Shown piece after piece: positions 18,567-28,706 of a DNA stretch of 64,000 nucleotides. The stretch lies in assembly GCA_963669175.1 (NCBI GenBank), contig OY769902.1, positions 2,528,001 through 2,592,000 of the forward strand, in the 5' to 3' direction. A model generated the notes under the pieces. The model saw nothing but the letters and a program-made list of their open reading frames with translations. It made no database searches and had not been told where the DNA came from. A program made the translations under genes and the position numbers. Each line of letters begins with the position of its first letter. The stretch's first letter is position 1. This DNA is from a bacterium. GTDB lineage: Bacteria; Electryoneota; Electryoneia; Electryoneales; Electryoneaceae.

Positions 18567-20048
18567 TCAAAATCTGAAACCAACCGTCACACGGTGCAGG
18601 CCGCCACCATATTCGTTGTCCCCGGGACCGCCTTTGGGGCGTTTTGAACCATCCCCGGATTGTTTCGTCGGGTCACGGTACCAGGCTCGCACCGGGAAGA
18701 ACTGTTCAACACTGTAGCCGACTTCCCAACGGCCTGGCGTCCAGGTCAGGCTGAGCCCGAGCAGGCCCGCAAGTTGACGTTCCAGCAGGATTTCGTGCAT
18801 CTGCAAATCTTCAACCCCAAAGATAAGCCAACTGGGCCGCCAATGAGTAAACTCACCCTCCAGATAGATGTCAAACGCCTGCAGGGAAGCGGAGAACTGG
18901 AGTTGTGGATGCAGCTTGCGTGTATGCCCGAGGTTGAATCGCCAGAACGTCCCATGTGTTTCCCCGATGAAATAACGTCGATACCCGAGCAGATCAATCC
19001 AGCCGCTGGTCCAGGGCCAGATCTCGGCATGACCACGCAGTTTCCCGGTCCAATGCGAGCGTTCAACCTCAAACAGCCAGCGTGTCGAACGGGAAAGCGA
19101 AGGCTGCCATTCAGCGCCCGCGAAAAGGCCATCAAGGGTCAGTTTCAGAGTGGTCAGTTTGGCGTAAGCCAGTGCGCCTTTGAATCCATAGGCCATGCCA
19201 TCCATCGCGAGCCCACGTGTCCCGGTGTACACGGCCCAGTTTTGCTCAGCGAACTCAACACGGGCGGCGTATTTCGCGCCATCGCCCCAGGGTTGCAACG
19301 AGGGATCATCCGTATACAGCGAATCCCGTCTGAAATGGTACTGTGTCCAGTAGCCGGAAGCTGAAATGGTAGAACAGGGCTGCACTTCTCCCCAGCAGGT
19401 GGTGTGATCAGAACGTAACAGGAGATCTACCGTCCCGCTTTCGCCCTGCCACTCAGCGGCAATACGTCCACGGTCATAGTCCAGTCCAGCCTCAAATCCC
19501 AAAGCAATCTGTGGTACAGGATCGATGCGCAACGCTATAAATGAGCCGGGTTCCTCTTCATCAATCCAATATCCGCCATAGGAGAGCTGGATCATACGGT
19601 ATTGCGCGGTGGCTGTAACCTCTGCTGTCTGTCGATTCGCACGGAAATCGCTTTGCTGGTCATGATCTCCGGCAAGGATGGAAACCCGTTGCTGACGGTC
19701 GGCAAGGGTTGCATCAAAGCGGAACCGGATCGGAGTGTTCCGTTGCACATAAGCGTGTGTAGCCAGTTTCCGGTAAAAGCAGGCGTCGCCGGTTTCCATT
19801 GCTTCGGAACGGAAATAGTCCGAGTAATCCAGCGATGAACGGAACCCGACACTTGCAGAATTGTCAGCAAGCAAAATAAAGCGAGCCGGGGTATCATCTC
19901 TGATAGAACAGAGTAATCCAGTGCGGGAAGAGGAAGACTTCCCGGTGAGGTAGCCCATGAAAGGATCAGCATGGACAAGGGTAGAAAACAATACGGTGAG
20001 CAGCAATGTCGCCGTCCACCGTACATATGTATCAAACTTCCTGTTCAC
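18567..20048 (-). CDS. Putative outer-membrane beta-barrel protein
   Basis: Signal peptide (LLLTVLFSTLVHA), alternating aromatic beta-strands, C-terminal VTVGFRF. Start inferred at GTG 20048. Confidence 0.65.
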   Translation of the reverse strand: MNRKFDTYVRWTATLLLTVLFSTLVHADPFMGYLTGKSSSSRTGLLCSIRDDTPARFILLADNSASVGFRSSLDYSDYFRSEAMETGDACFYRKLATHAYVQRNTPIRFRFDATLADRQQRVSILAGDHDQQSDFRANRQTAEVTATAQYRMIQLSYGGYWIDEEEPGSFIALRIDPVPQIALGFEAGLDYDRGRIAAEWQGESGTVDLLLRSDHTTCWGEVQPCSTISASGYWTQYHFRRDSLYTDDPSLQPWGDGAKYAARVEFAEQNWAVYTGTRGLAMDGMAYGFKGALAYAKLTTLKLTLDGLFAGAEWQPSLSRSTRWLFEVERSHWTGKLRGHAEIWPWTSGWIDLLGYRRYFIGETHGTFWRFNLGHTRKLHPQLQFSASLQAFDIYLEGEFTHWRPSWLIFGVEDLQMHEILLERQLAGLLGLSLTWTPGRWEVGYSVEQFFPVRAWYRDPTKQSGDGSKRPKGGPGDNEYGGGLHRVTVGFRF

Positions 20049-20097
20049 CGCTTTGATCCGTTTAAACCGATCCTGTCGAGAACGCAGAGTTTTGCCA

Positions 20098-21729
20098 TCA
20101 ATACTCCAGCGTAAATCGTTTTGACCAGGAGGATTCATCGATCTGCATCATCTCTTTGATGCGTGAATCAGTCATACCCGGCAATGCACCATTCAAGGTG
20201 GGATCGGGAAGAATCCAATCATCCACGGTGTCTGCTTGCCAAATCAGAACTGGTTCAGCCACCAGATTGCCAGCCTCACGCCATTCAATATAGAAGTTCA
20301 AATATGGCCAGTCCCAATACGATTCAGCTTCCAGACACACACTCATATATACATAGGATAGCGTTGGGTCAACATAATCTTCTACCAAACCATCCCAGTA
20401 TGTGTTAAAATAATCTAAAACATTACCATAGCCATATTCATCAGAAACGACAACGGTTCCATAATGCCATTCCATTTCTCTCTGATAGTACCCAGTCACG
20501 GAATCCGGTATGTCATAAACATAATAAGAGTTGTATAAATATTCCGAATCGCCTTCCAGAAAAGTGCTGTCATAGGTGACAGTATAAGATGGCAGCAAAG
20601 CCTTGAAATTATCAATGGGGGTATAGAAGAAAGCATTGAGGGAAATTGTAAGTTCTTCGCCAGTGTCAGGATTAATGACCCAGTCGCTTTGCGATGTAAG
20701 AGTCTGGCGGACTTTGGGAATGTAATTCAGCAGACTGTCGAGATCCGCCTGCGCCATACCATCGTAAGGATCAATGCGGATGAGGTCGTTGGATTGAGGG
20801 TCTGTCTCACCTTCAAGCAGGTGAATCGCAGTTTCCAGGTGCGTCAGGGCGCTTTGCCAGGAATTGCCAGCAGAGTACATGTATTCAGCTCCACCCGGTG
20901 CAAGTGCGGCGAAGTCAGATTGCTGTTCCAGCGCAGCCATTAACTCTTCCACAGAATAGTCACCGAGGTCGAAATCATATGCGATGGATTGATAGCCGAT
21001 TGCACGCATGGAATAGAGTCCGGCCATAAGTGCATGGACATCTGTATTGTCAATTTCGATCGCATCTTCATTGGCATCACCCTGCATGCGAGGAGTGACG
21101 GTGAAGGCGAAGTCTGCATCCTGAAGAGTAAGTTCCAGCCGGTCAATCGCCGTATTCAGAGCGGGGAGGAAGGTATCCCTGACCAGGCTTTGCATTTCTC
21201 CGATGGTGACAATGTCCTCGCTGAAAATGACCAGTGGGTTCCCGGTCAACTTCGGGGAGAGGGCGGGAATTTCTGCCCAGTTTTTACCTGGGACAGGTGT
21301 AGTGCCCGGCAAAGAGGTGGGACTATCCTCTATAATGATTTCAAAGGGAATGAAATCCTCCATTGCGGCAAAACGATCAAACATGGTCTGGATTTCTTCA
21401 TTCTGGGTCAACATGGCAATGCCAAGGATACCGGCGCCAAAGTTTGCCGTGGGATGATCAACATCTTTATCCAGTGCATCCAGGTACAGATTATAGGGAT
21501 AGGTCATGTCAATGTCATTGGGTTCTTGAACACCATCATTCGCTATTGAATTAATCAGGTTTAGCATGATGGTTTCAAAAGCGTCATTGGCTTCGACCAC
21601 AATGTCATCGGCCGCATCTTTGTCATTGGGGGTGATTGGGTTATCACCATCATCATCACCACAGGAAACAAACAGGAAAAACAAGCCAAACAGGAAAACC
21701 AGTGGAGAAATCCGAAGGAACTTCTGCAT
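20098..21729 (-). CDS. Acidic lipoprotein of unknown function (paralog of next gene)
   Basis: Lipobox FVSC, GGAGG RBS, extensive similarity to 21972-23606. Confidence 0.85.
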   Translation of the reverse strand: MQKFLRISPLVFLFGLFFLFVSCGDDDGDNPITPNDKDAADDIVVEANDAFETIMLNLINSIANDGVQEPNDIDMTYPYNLYLDALDKDVDHPTANFGAGILGIAMLTQNEEIQTMFDRFAAMEDFIPFEIIIEDSPTSLPGTTPVPGKNWAEIPALSPKLTGNPLVIFSEDIVTIGEMQSLVRDTFLPALNTAIDRLELTLQDADFAFTVTPRMQGDANEDAIEIDNTDVHALMAGLYSMRAIGYQSIAYDFDLGDYSVEELMAALEQQSDFAALAPGGAEYMYSAGNSWQSALTHLETAIHLLEGETDPQSNDLIRIDPYDGMAQADLDSLLNYIPKVRQTLTSQSDWVINPDTGEELTISLNAFFYTPIDNFKALLPSYTVTYDSTFLEGDSEYLYNSYYVYDIPDSVTGYYQREMEWHYGTVVVSDEYGYGNVLDYFNTYWDGLVEDYVDPTLSYVYMSVCLEAESYWDWPYLNFYIEWREAGNLVAEPVLIWQADTVDDWILPDPTLNGALPGMTDSRIKEMMQIDESSWSKRFTLEY

Positions 21730-21869
21730 ACTTCCTCCCAAAGTGGACGTCATCTTTGAAAAGCATGAGGATGCTGTAGTAAATAATGTGATTCAAATTA
21801 CGCTGAATTCCTTTACAATACAAGCGTTCAGGGGTACTGTAACGATTTGACCAGATAATCAACCGTTTC

Positions 21870-21916
21870 AAAAAACAAGGGCACGATGAGCAGCAACTTC
21901 GCCGCTGACCGTGCCC
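21870..21916 (-). terminator. Possible terminator/attenuator between the lipoprotein paralogs
   Basis: GGGCACG...CGTGCCC stem followed by a T-rich run on the minus strand. Confidence 0.45.
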
Positions 21917-21971
21917 GTTGGGGATGTGAACCGAATGAGAAGCTTCAATAAGCCAAATTGTTTGAAATCAT

Positions 21972-23606
21972 CTACCTGGACCAGTCAAACACCATAGTTT
22001 TTTCCCAATCCTCTGCTTCCATATCCCAGAGTTCCTTCAAGCGTGCATCAGTCATGTCAGGGAATACACCTCCAAAGGTCGGGTCCGGGAATGTCCATTC
22101 TTCGTACGAATCAGCTTCCCATGTGATGACAGGGACTGCGATATAAGAAGTCGCCTGTTCCCAGTACACACTTACTTCTGCATCCGCTTCGTCCGTTTGA
22201 GTCCATGATTTGTTTATGTAAATGTTGATGCCAACATAGATGTTTTCTTCGATGACATAGGTCGAAACCAACTCGTTCCACAAGGCAGTCCCCGGTCCAG
22301 GATCAAGCCCGTAACCATCTTCATAATAGCCAACAAGCTCGCCATCGTCCCACTCGGCCCAGCAGTACCAATACCCGGTGGCGTCCTGATCATATCCATA
22401 TACAGTGATTTCTTCATAGCTGTCGAACTCTTCCGTATCCCAGGCGCCTGCCTGGTAGGATACGGTATAGCCCGGTAGCATGGCCTTCAGGTCCTGGGGA
22501 GGATTCGTGTAATAATTATAGAGTGAAACGGTTATTTCATCGCCTGTCTCGTCATCGATCACCCAGGTTGACTGACTGTTCAGTGTCTGGCGGATTTTCG
22601 GGATGTAAGTCATGGCTGTATCAAGGTCGGCCTGTGAGGGGCCATCGTAAGGGTCCAGGCGTATGAGGTCATTCGACTGGTTATCTGTCTCAGCCTCAAG
22701 GGAGTTGATAGCAGCTTCAAGCCTGTCCAGCGCATACAACCAGGCCGTACGCGTCTCGGCCAGATGCTGGGCGCCATCATCATGCAGGGTCGCGAAGTCA
22801 GATCCCTGCGACAGCATCTCCACAAGATCATCCGGCGTGTTTTCACCCATGTCATAATTGTACGCCAACATATCATTGGTAATCGCCTGGATCCCATAGA
22901 ATCCGGACAACATGGCGAGGATATCGGTATGATCGATCTCGATCGCGTCCTCGTTCTCGTCGCCCTGCATCTCCGGTGTGATCGAAAAGATGAAGTCAGC
23001 ATCATAAGCGGTGATTTCAAGTCGGCTGATCGCAGTTGTCAGGCGTGGCAGGAACGAGTTTATGATCAGATTACGCATTTCATCGTATTCAACAGGATCA
23101 TCGTCGAACAAGCTTACGCCACTGTTCAGGAACTTGGGCGCTGTCAAGGGAAGCTTTGTCCAACCTTTTTGTGGTAACGGTTGCGTTCCCGGGAGGGTAG
23201 TGACTTCAGCGCTGTCGATGATAAACGGCATGAACTGATCCATTTCCATCATCCGGTCAAACATGTCCTGCACATCAGCGTCCTGTGTCAGCATTACAAT
23301 CTCAAGGATTCCGGCGCCGAAATTGGCGGTTGGATGTTCTGCATCCTGATCGATGGCTTCAAGGAAGAGCGAGTACGGTTCAGTCATATCAACGTCGCCC
23401 GGTTCCTGGATGCTGTCCTGTTCCATGGACTCGATCAGGTTGATCATGACGGTTTCAAGGGCGTTGTTTGCAAGGTTGACCAGTGAATCGGCTACTGCTG
23501 TGTTGTTGGGTGTTGGGGTTACTGTTTCTTCTTCATCTGTGCAGGAAACGATAAAAAACGCCAGGCAGAAAAGAACTGCAAAAGCGCACCAGGTCACATG
23601 TTTCAT
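21972..23606 (-). CDS. Acidic lipoprotein of unknown function
   Basis: Lipobox IVSC, AGGAG RBS. Shares HPTANFGAGIL, MQGD.NEDAIEID and QSNDLIR.DPYDG with its neighbour. Confidence 0.85.
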   Translation of the reverse strand: MKHVTWCAFAVLFCLAFFIVSCTDEEETVTPTPNNTAVADSLVNLANNALETVMINLIESMEQDSIQEPGDVDMTEPYSLFLEAIDQDAEHPTANFGAGILEIVMLTQDADVQDMFDRMMEMDQFMPFIIDSAEVTTLPGTQPLPQKGWTKLPLTAPKFLNSGVSLFDDDPVEYDEMRNLIINSFLPRLTTAISRLEITAYDADFIFSITPEMQGDENEDAIEIDHTDILAMLSGFYGIQAITNDMLAYNYDMGENTPDDLVEMLSQGSDFATLHDDGAQHLAETRTAWLYALDRLEAAINSLEAETDNQSNDLIRLDPYDGPSQADLDTAMTYIPKIRQTLNSQSTWVIDDETGDEITVSLYNYYTNPPQDLKAMLPGYTVSYQAGAWDTEEFDSYEEITVYGYDQDATGYWYCWAEWDDGELVGYYEDGYGLDPGPGTALWNELVSTYVIEENIYVGINIYINKSWTQTDEADAEVSVYWEQATSYIAVPVITWEADSYEEWTFPDPTFGGVFPDMTDARLKELWDMEAEDWEKTMVFDWSR

Positions 23607-23883
23607 GGTACAACTCCTTCTAAAAAGAGCACACTTCAGGTGAGAAAAAGCGACTCAAAGCAATACTGGTATAAATATACATCTAATTTTGTTCTATAGT
23701 GCGTTTTATATTCTGAAATCACTAATCTCTCGCAGTCTTTTACCGTAAATTGACGCCTCGCTGTGGTGCGGGGGAGAGTATCCACTAGTCCCACGGCAAC
23801 TGGTTTTATCGTCACGTGGCGATTTGGATGGGTGTTTCTCTTTGAATCGTTGTATATTTGCAGGAACGAACAGGGAGGAAGGT

Positions 23884-24741
23884 ATGAAGGTCAAGCGCAT
23901 CATTTTTACCATTGTCGCACTGCTGGTGATTGCGATTGTCGGACAGTTCCGTTTCATGACGCTGTTCATCACCAACCCCGGCGCGAAGCATTTTCCTACT
24001 ACCAACAACCTGACCGAGGCGGTGTCAACGCTGATTAACGGTATCGAGACACGGTTGGCGAATACTCCCGCTACGGCCGGCGACGTTATCAATGGACGAA
24101 TGTTTGTCACGTATGACGGAGAAGAGCTGAAAACTCCAATCGTGTTGGACTCGGCGCTGGAGTTGAGTGTACGTGACCAGTTGGCCGGGTGGCGTGCCAG
24201 CAAGGCGATGGAGGACTTCCGTCAGGCGCATCACGCGATTACGTCGGGCGATCGTGCCTATATCCTCAGCGGGCAGGTACGTTTCAGCGGAGACAAGAAA
24301 CTGGTCTACGCTTACCTGACATCGTTGGAGTATTTTCACAACGTCGCCCCGGTCTGGACAAAGGATATCGTTCAGAACGGGATGCTGGATTATTTCATCG
24401 GGGATCGTGGGATGTTCCTGAAGGGACGCCCCCTCAGCTTCAATATCCTGCAGGAATCAACCGGGCAGAAGACACAGATTTTTACTCAAAATGTTGATGC
24501 CGATGAAACGGTTGAGACGATTGTAAACCGACCGTTCCGTCATATTCAGGGTATGGCCTTGTCGCTTGAAGGAACGCCGACACTGGATGGCGCCGTGAGC
24601 AAAAGTGCGAACTTCATGCTCATCCTGGCGGCGGTGCTGGTGATTGTGCTGGTGGTTCTGTACATGATGGATGCACGGAAGAAGACGGCGAAAGAGGCAA
24701 CGCCATCAGAATCGACGGCAAAAGAGACGACAGAACAGTAG
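23884..24741 (+). CDS. Hypothetical membrane-anchored protein
   Basis: N- and C-terminal hydrophobic helices flank a soluble domain. GGAGG RBS before ATG 23884. Confidence 0.75.
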   Translation: MKVKRIIFTIVALLVIAIVGQFRFMTLFITNPGAKHFPTTNNLTEAVSTLINGIETRLANTPATAGDVINGRMFVTYDGEELKTPIVLDSALELSVRDQLAGWRASKAMEDFRQAHHAITSGDRAYILSGQVRFSGDKKLVYAYLTSLEYFHNVAPVWTKDIVQNGMLDYFIGDRGMFLKGRPLSFNILQESTGQKTQIFTQNVDADETVETIVNRPFRHIQGMALSLEGTPTLDGAVSKSANFMLILAAVLVIVLVVLYMMDARKKTAKEATPSESTAKETTEQ

Positions 24742-24785
24742 TTTTCGGTATTTCACGCTGATTAGTAGATGTAGTAGCAGGGCAG

Positions 24786-25220
24786 CGAGATCCCCGGTTT
24801 ATCCGCTGTCTCTTACTCACATCTTCGTGTTTCTGCCACCCCAGAGGGGGTGGTATATTTTAGCGTAGGGTTGACGCTGTCTGTTTAGCGTCTACCCTAC
24901 GAAAAAGATCAAACCTTATCTCAACCCTGGAAGGGTTGCATAACGTATAATTTACACCCAATTGGTTTGTATAGAATATAAAATGCGTTATTTCCTGTAT
25001 TTATTGAACGTACTAATATGAATCGCGTATTATGCAACCCTTCCAGGGTTGATTATTCGTTAGAATACCTGACATAGTGTACAGGCCAAACAGACGGCCT
25101 GTACACTATGCTAAAATAGGGAATCCCGCCGGGATTCTAAAAATGCTATGTCCACAACTCTTTTACTGATACAGCTTTCAGAAGATGTGGGTAAGAGACA
25201 GGGTTTATCCGGGGATCTCG
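24786..25220. mobile_element. Non-coding nested inverted-repeat (REPIN/MITE-like) element
   Basis: Terminal inverted repeats CGAGATCCCCGG..CTGTCTCTTACTCACATCTTC / GAAGATGTGGGTAAGAGACAG..CCGGGGATCTCG with mirrored internal hairpins. Confidence 0.7.
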
Positions 25221-25289
25221 TGTTATCAATAGACTCGTACCCTTCCGGCCATTCATGGCCGGGCTACCTGATGTTTCCAACCTTACCGG

Positions 25290-28187
25290 TTATTTCAACA
25301 GCAATACACGCTGTACCTGTGTAGTGGCGCCTGTTTTCATCACGATAAAATAGGCGCCATTGGCATACTCACGAGCGTTCCAGGTGATGCGGTGTGTACC
25401 AGCATCAAGGGGTGTTTGATCTATCAGCACTGCTACCCGTTGACCTAGAAGGTTGTACACATAAAGGTTGACCTGCGTCGAAGTTGCCAGTTCAAGCACA
25501 AGAGTGGTGGTCGCATTGAACGGATTTGGATAGGCTGATGCCAGACGTGTTGTCATTGGGAGGGAACCAGGTTTCTCCTCCGTGGAATTCATAGCGTACC
25601 CGGCCAGCTCGAGGGTACGTGGGCTGTTCAGATTTGGGTCATTATGATACAGGGATAGTGTGTTTCCAGTGAGTTCCATTTCATTTGCCGGTGCCCAGTA
25701 AACGAGGACAGTGTCTGTGTCGCCGGGCGCCAGTACAAATGTGGTCGGTTCCCACCAGAGTACTGAATCGGGCAATAAACAAGCCAGGCTGTCAATGCTC
25801 AGCGTGCAATTCCCTTCGTTGGCCACCCGTACCATCTGCGGTGGAATGCTGTCGCCAATGGTGATTTCTCCAAAATCGAGCAGGGTATCAAAGATGTGCA
25901 AGCAGGGCGCCTGGTAGGGACGATAATAGCGTCCGATGTCCGAAATAGTATCGTCCGGATCGAAGGGAAGCGCAGGATCACCGGCATTAATACAGGGTGA
26001 ACCGGCCTGGAGATGAACATCGCCATGTTCCGGATCTACCAGTAAAGGATTCAGGCTCAGGTTCCCGTATGCATCACACGAATCCCCATTCACATTGACC
26101 GTGGTTCGAAGGCCCATTCCATCCGGCAGGATACCGTTAAAATCGCTTTCTTCACTGTCCCAAACCAGCGAATAGGTGACTGCTGCATCGTCGCTTTCTT
26201 CGATAAAGATCCCAACCGGATCACTGGCGGCCACAAGGGTACTATTCACAAGAGCATCTGAATCATTGAAGATGTGTACACCACCAGCGCCTGTACCGGC
26301 TGAATTATCATACAAGGTAGTATTCGTTACTTGCATGCTTGAGTTGCGGATGTTGATGCCGCCGCCCCCAAGATCAGCATGGTTGCCTGAAAACACGCTC
26401 CTGGTCGTTGTTCCCTGGTCCTGGTAACAATACATGCCGCCACCGTACCAGTCGGCATAATTATCACGCACAAGGGTGCCAGTCAGGGTCACATCGGCTG
26501 AGTTGGCGTAGATTCCTCCTCCAAACGAGGACGCATTATTCTGAATGATACAATCAATGATTTTCGCATCAGCGCCGTTCATGCAGTAGACACCACCGCC
26601 ATCCAACTCGCCATAATTGTCTGAAATGACGCACCGTTCAATATGCGCAGCAGCATCCTGCATCAGGTTGAAAGCGCCACCACGTTGCGAAAGGCTGATA
26701 TTGTGTGACAGCCTGCTGTCGAAGATTCGCGGCGAAACCTGATAAGCCTGGATTGCGCTGGAACGACTTTCCGTAATCACGCAATACTGGAAAAGGGTGC
26801 TGTCCGATGCGCCTGAACGCATATCGATACCTTCCCAACCGAGTGTGCCCGTGTCAGTAAAGATGATGCTATCACCCGGAGCGCCATTGGCACGCAACTC
26901 TCCATTTATAACCAGCGCCCCTTCTTCTGCAAAGCGGAAAATGGAGCCGGATTCCAGTGTCAGGGTGTTGTTCGCGGGAACCGTGATACTGTCGGCAATG
27001 AGATAGTTGGCGGCTTCAAGCGCGCCGGATTGTTCCCCTGACAAACGAACCTGTGGGAACCATGTCGAGCCGATTTCCACAACCGTACTGTCAGGATCCT
27101 GGGGGAGTTCAGGATCACCAGCGTCAACTGCCGGGCTGGCCCATATGGGCATCAAGTCATTTGCCTGTGGATTTGTCAGCAAGGGGGGAAAAAACAGGTT
27201 ATGGAACACATCACAGGAATCCCCCAATGCGTTTACCTGGTTCACTTCACCGAGCATCGCGGGAAGGAGATCTTCGCCAAGAAGATCGCCACCTTCGTTT
27301 CCGTAAAACAAGTTGTAGCGCACAATTCCGTCAAATGGGGCTACATATACTCCAAATCCTCCATTGATGTTTTCCAGGAAGATATTGTTCACAAGTTCCG
27401 GTCCGAAATGAAAACTGAGCATTCCACCACCCATTTCACCAGCAATGTTCTGGTAAAATGTACAATTGGTCACTGTTGGCGCGGAGGCGTATGCGTAGAT
27501 CCCACCGCCAAGGTAGGTTGCCTGGTTGCCGACAAAAGTGCAGTGCTCAATGATTGGTGTGCTGCTTGTAGTGTAGATGCCACCGCCAAAACTGGTTACT
27601 CCACCTTCAATCCAGCAATGATGAATGTGGGCTGAGCTGTACTGGTAGATGTAGATGTTGCCCCCGTCCAGGTTGCCTTCATTGTTGCGCAACGTACACC
27701 ACGCGACTTCCGGCGAAGAAGAATTGCGGATGGAGATGGCGCCCCCACGAATCTGACCTGGATTATTCTCAAGAGTACAATGAGTTATGGTAGCATAGAC
27801 TTCATCAATATCTATGGCGCTGGTGTGAGAAGCGGTGATGTAACAATAACTGATAATGGATGAATCCGTGGCTGATGACGTGATGTCAATTCCACCCCAC
27901 GTTTCATCGTGAAGACCTCCCAGGAAGTAGATCGAGTCTTCTTCGGTGCCAATCGCACGCAAAGTTCCGCTTATCCCGAACCCCTGACCGGATGCAAAAT
28001 GAAAAACGGCTCCAGGTTCAATGACAAGAGTTTGCCCGGATAGCACGAAGATTGAATCTGTCACGACATATGTGGTGTCCTGGAGAGTTCCTTCTAATGG
28101 GCCAGCCAGTTCCAACTGTGACCAGGCTGTTGTGATCAAACCAAAGCTCAACAGGATAGACAAGTATAGTTTTCGGGGTACAAACAT
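25290..28187 (-). CDS. Secreted parallel beta-helix repeat protein with duplicated module and T9SS-type sorting domain
   Basis: Signal peptide; GGGIY/N-ladder repeats in two modules, each ending SP..DAGDP..P.DPD; YPNPFN tail. Confidence 0.85.
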   Translation of the reverse strand: MFVPRKLYLSILLSFGLITTAWSQLELAGPLEGTLQDTTYVVTDSIFVLSGQTLVIEPGAVFHFASGQGFGISGTLRAIGTEEDSIYFLGGLHDETWGGIDITSSATDSSIISYCYITASHTSAIDIDEVYATITHCTLENNPGQIRGGAISIRNSSSPEVAWCTLRNNEGNLDGGNIYIYQYSSAHIHHCWIEGGVTSFGGGIYTTSSTPIIEHCTFVGNQATYLGGGIYAYASAPTVTNCTFYQNIAGEMGGGMLSFHFGPELVNNIFLENINGGFGVYVAPFDGIVRYNLFYGNEGGDLLGEDLLPAMLGEVNQVNALGDSCDVFHNLFFPPLLTNPQANDLMPIWASPAVDAGDPELPQDPDSTVVEIGSTWFPQVRLSGEQSGALEAANYLIADSITVPANNTLTLESGSIFRFAEEGALVINGELRANGAPGDSIIFTDTGTLGWEGIDMRSGASDSTLFQYCVITESRSSAIQAYQVSPRIFDSRLSHNISLSQRGGAFNLMQDAAAHIERCVISDNYGELDGGGVYCMNGADAKIIDCIIQNNASSFGGGIYANSADVTLTGTLVRDNYADWYGGGMYCYQDQGTTTRSVFSGNHADLGGGGINIRNSSMQVTNTTLYDNSAGTGAGGVHIFNDSDALVNSTLVAASDPVGIFIEESDDAAVTYSLVWDSEESDFNGILPDGMGLRTTVNVNGDSCDAYGNLSLNPLLVDPEHGDVHLQAGSPCINAGDPALPFDPDDTISDIGRYYRPYQAPCLHIFDTLLDFGEITIGDSIPPQMVRVANEGNCTLSIDSLACLLPDSVLWWEPTTFVLAPGDTDTVLVYWAPANEMELTGNTLSLYHNDPNLNSPRTLELAGYAMNSTEEKPGSLPMTTRLASAYPNPFNATTTLVLELATSTQVNLYVYNLLGQRVAVLIDQTPLDAGTHRITWNAREYANGAYFIVMKTGATTQVQRVLLLK

Positions 28188-28626
28188 GCTTTCTCCTTAC
28201 CATTTTCATTCTAAAGCTAGTTTATTCATCCTGTTGTTTCAAACAGAAGACTTCGGTTTCCTGCTAATAACCGAGCACAATCAATGAACGTATAGCGGGA
28301 GAAGTTCTACCACCTCTGATATACGCTGTGCCTTCTCTAAGTGATGCTCGGAAATAATGTATCATCTTCACTATTGAACGCTAGTTCTATAGGAATTCCT
28401 GAATGTTTTTGCTGATTCGAATAGTTATCAGCCTGCTAAAGCCCGCTGAAATTGTCAAATGGCAGATATACATGGCAGATATACGATAATCTAAATCCAT
28501 GAAATATCAGGGCTAAACAGACGGGATACCGCAAGCTTCGGTTCCCATCCTCGACCACTGCTTTCGGGGACAGGCTCTTCGTGAGAATAAATACTTCGTA
28601 CTCATGAGATATCCGGGTTAGAACGG

Positions 28627-28662
28627 AAAAAAGCGGGTGACCGTGAATCACGATCACCCGCT
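28627..28662 (-). terminator. Intrinsic terminator
   Basis: AGCGGGTGA...TCACCCGCT stem preceded by A6, downstream of the minus-strand gene ending at 28707. Confidence 0.75.
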
Positions 28663-28706
28663 GAAAAGTCTTTTCTACTGCCATCGAGGGCAGTTAGTCA
28701 CACTAT

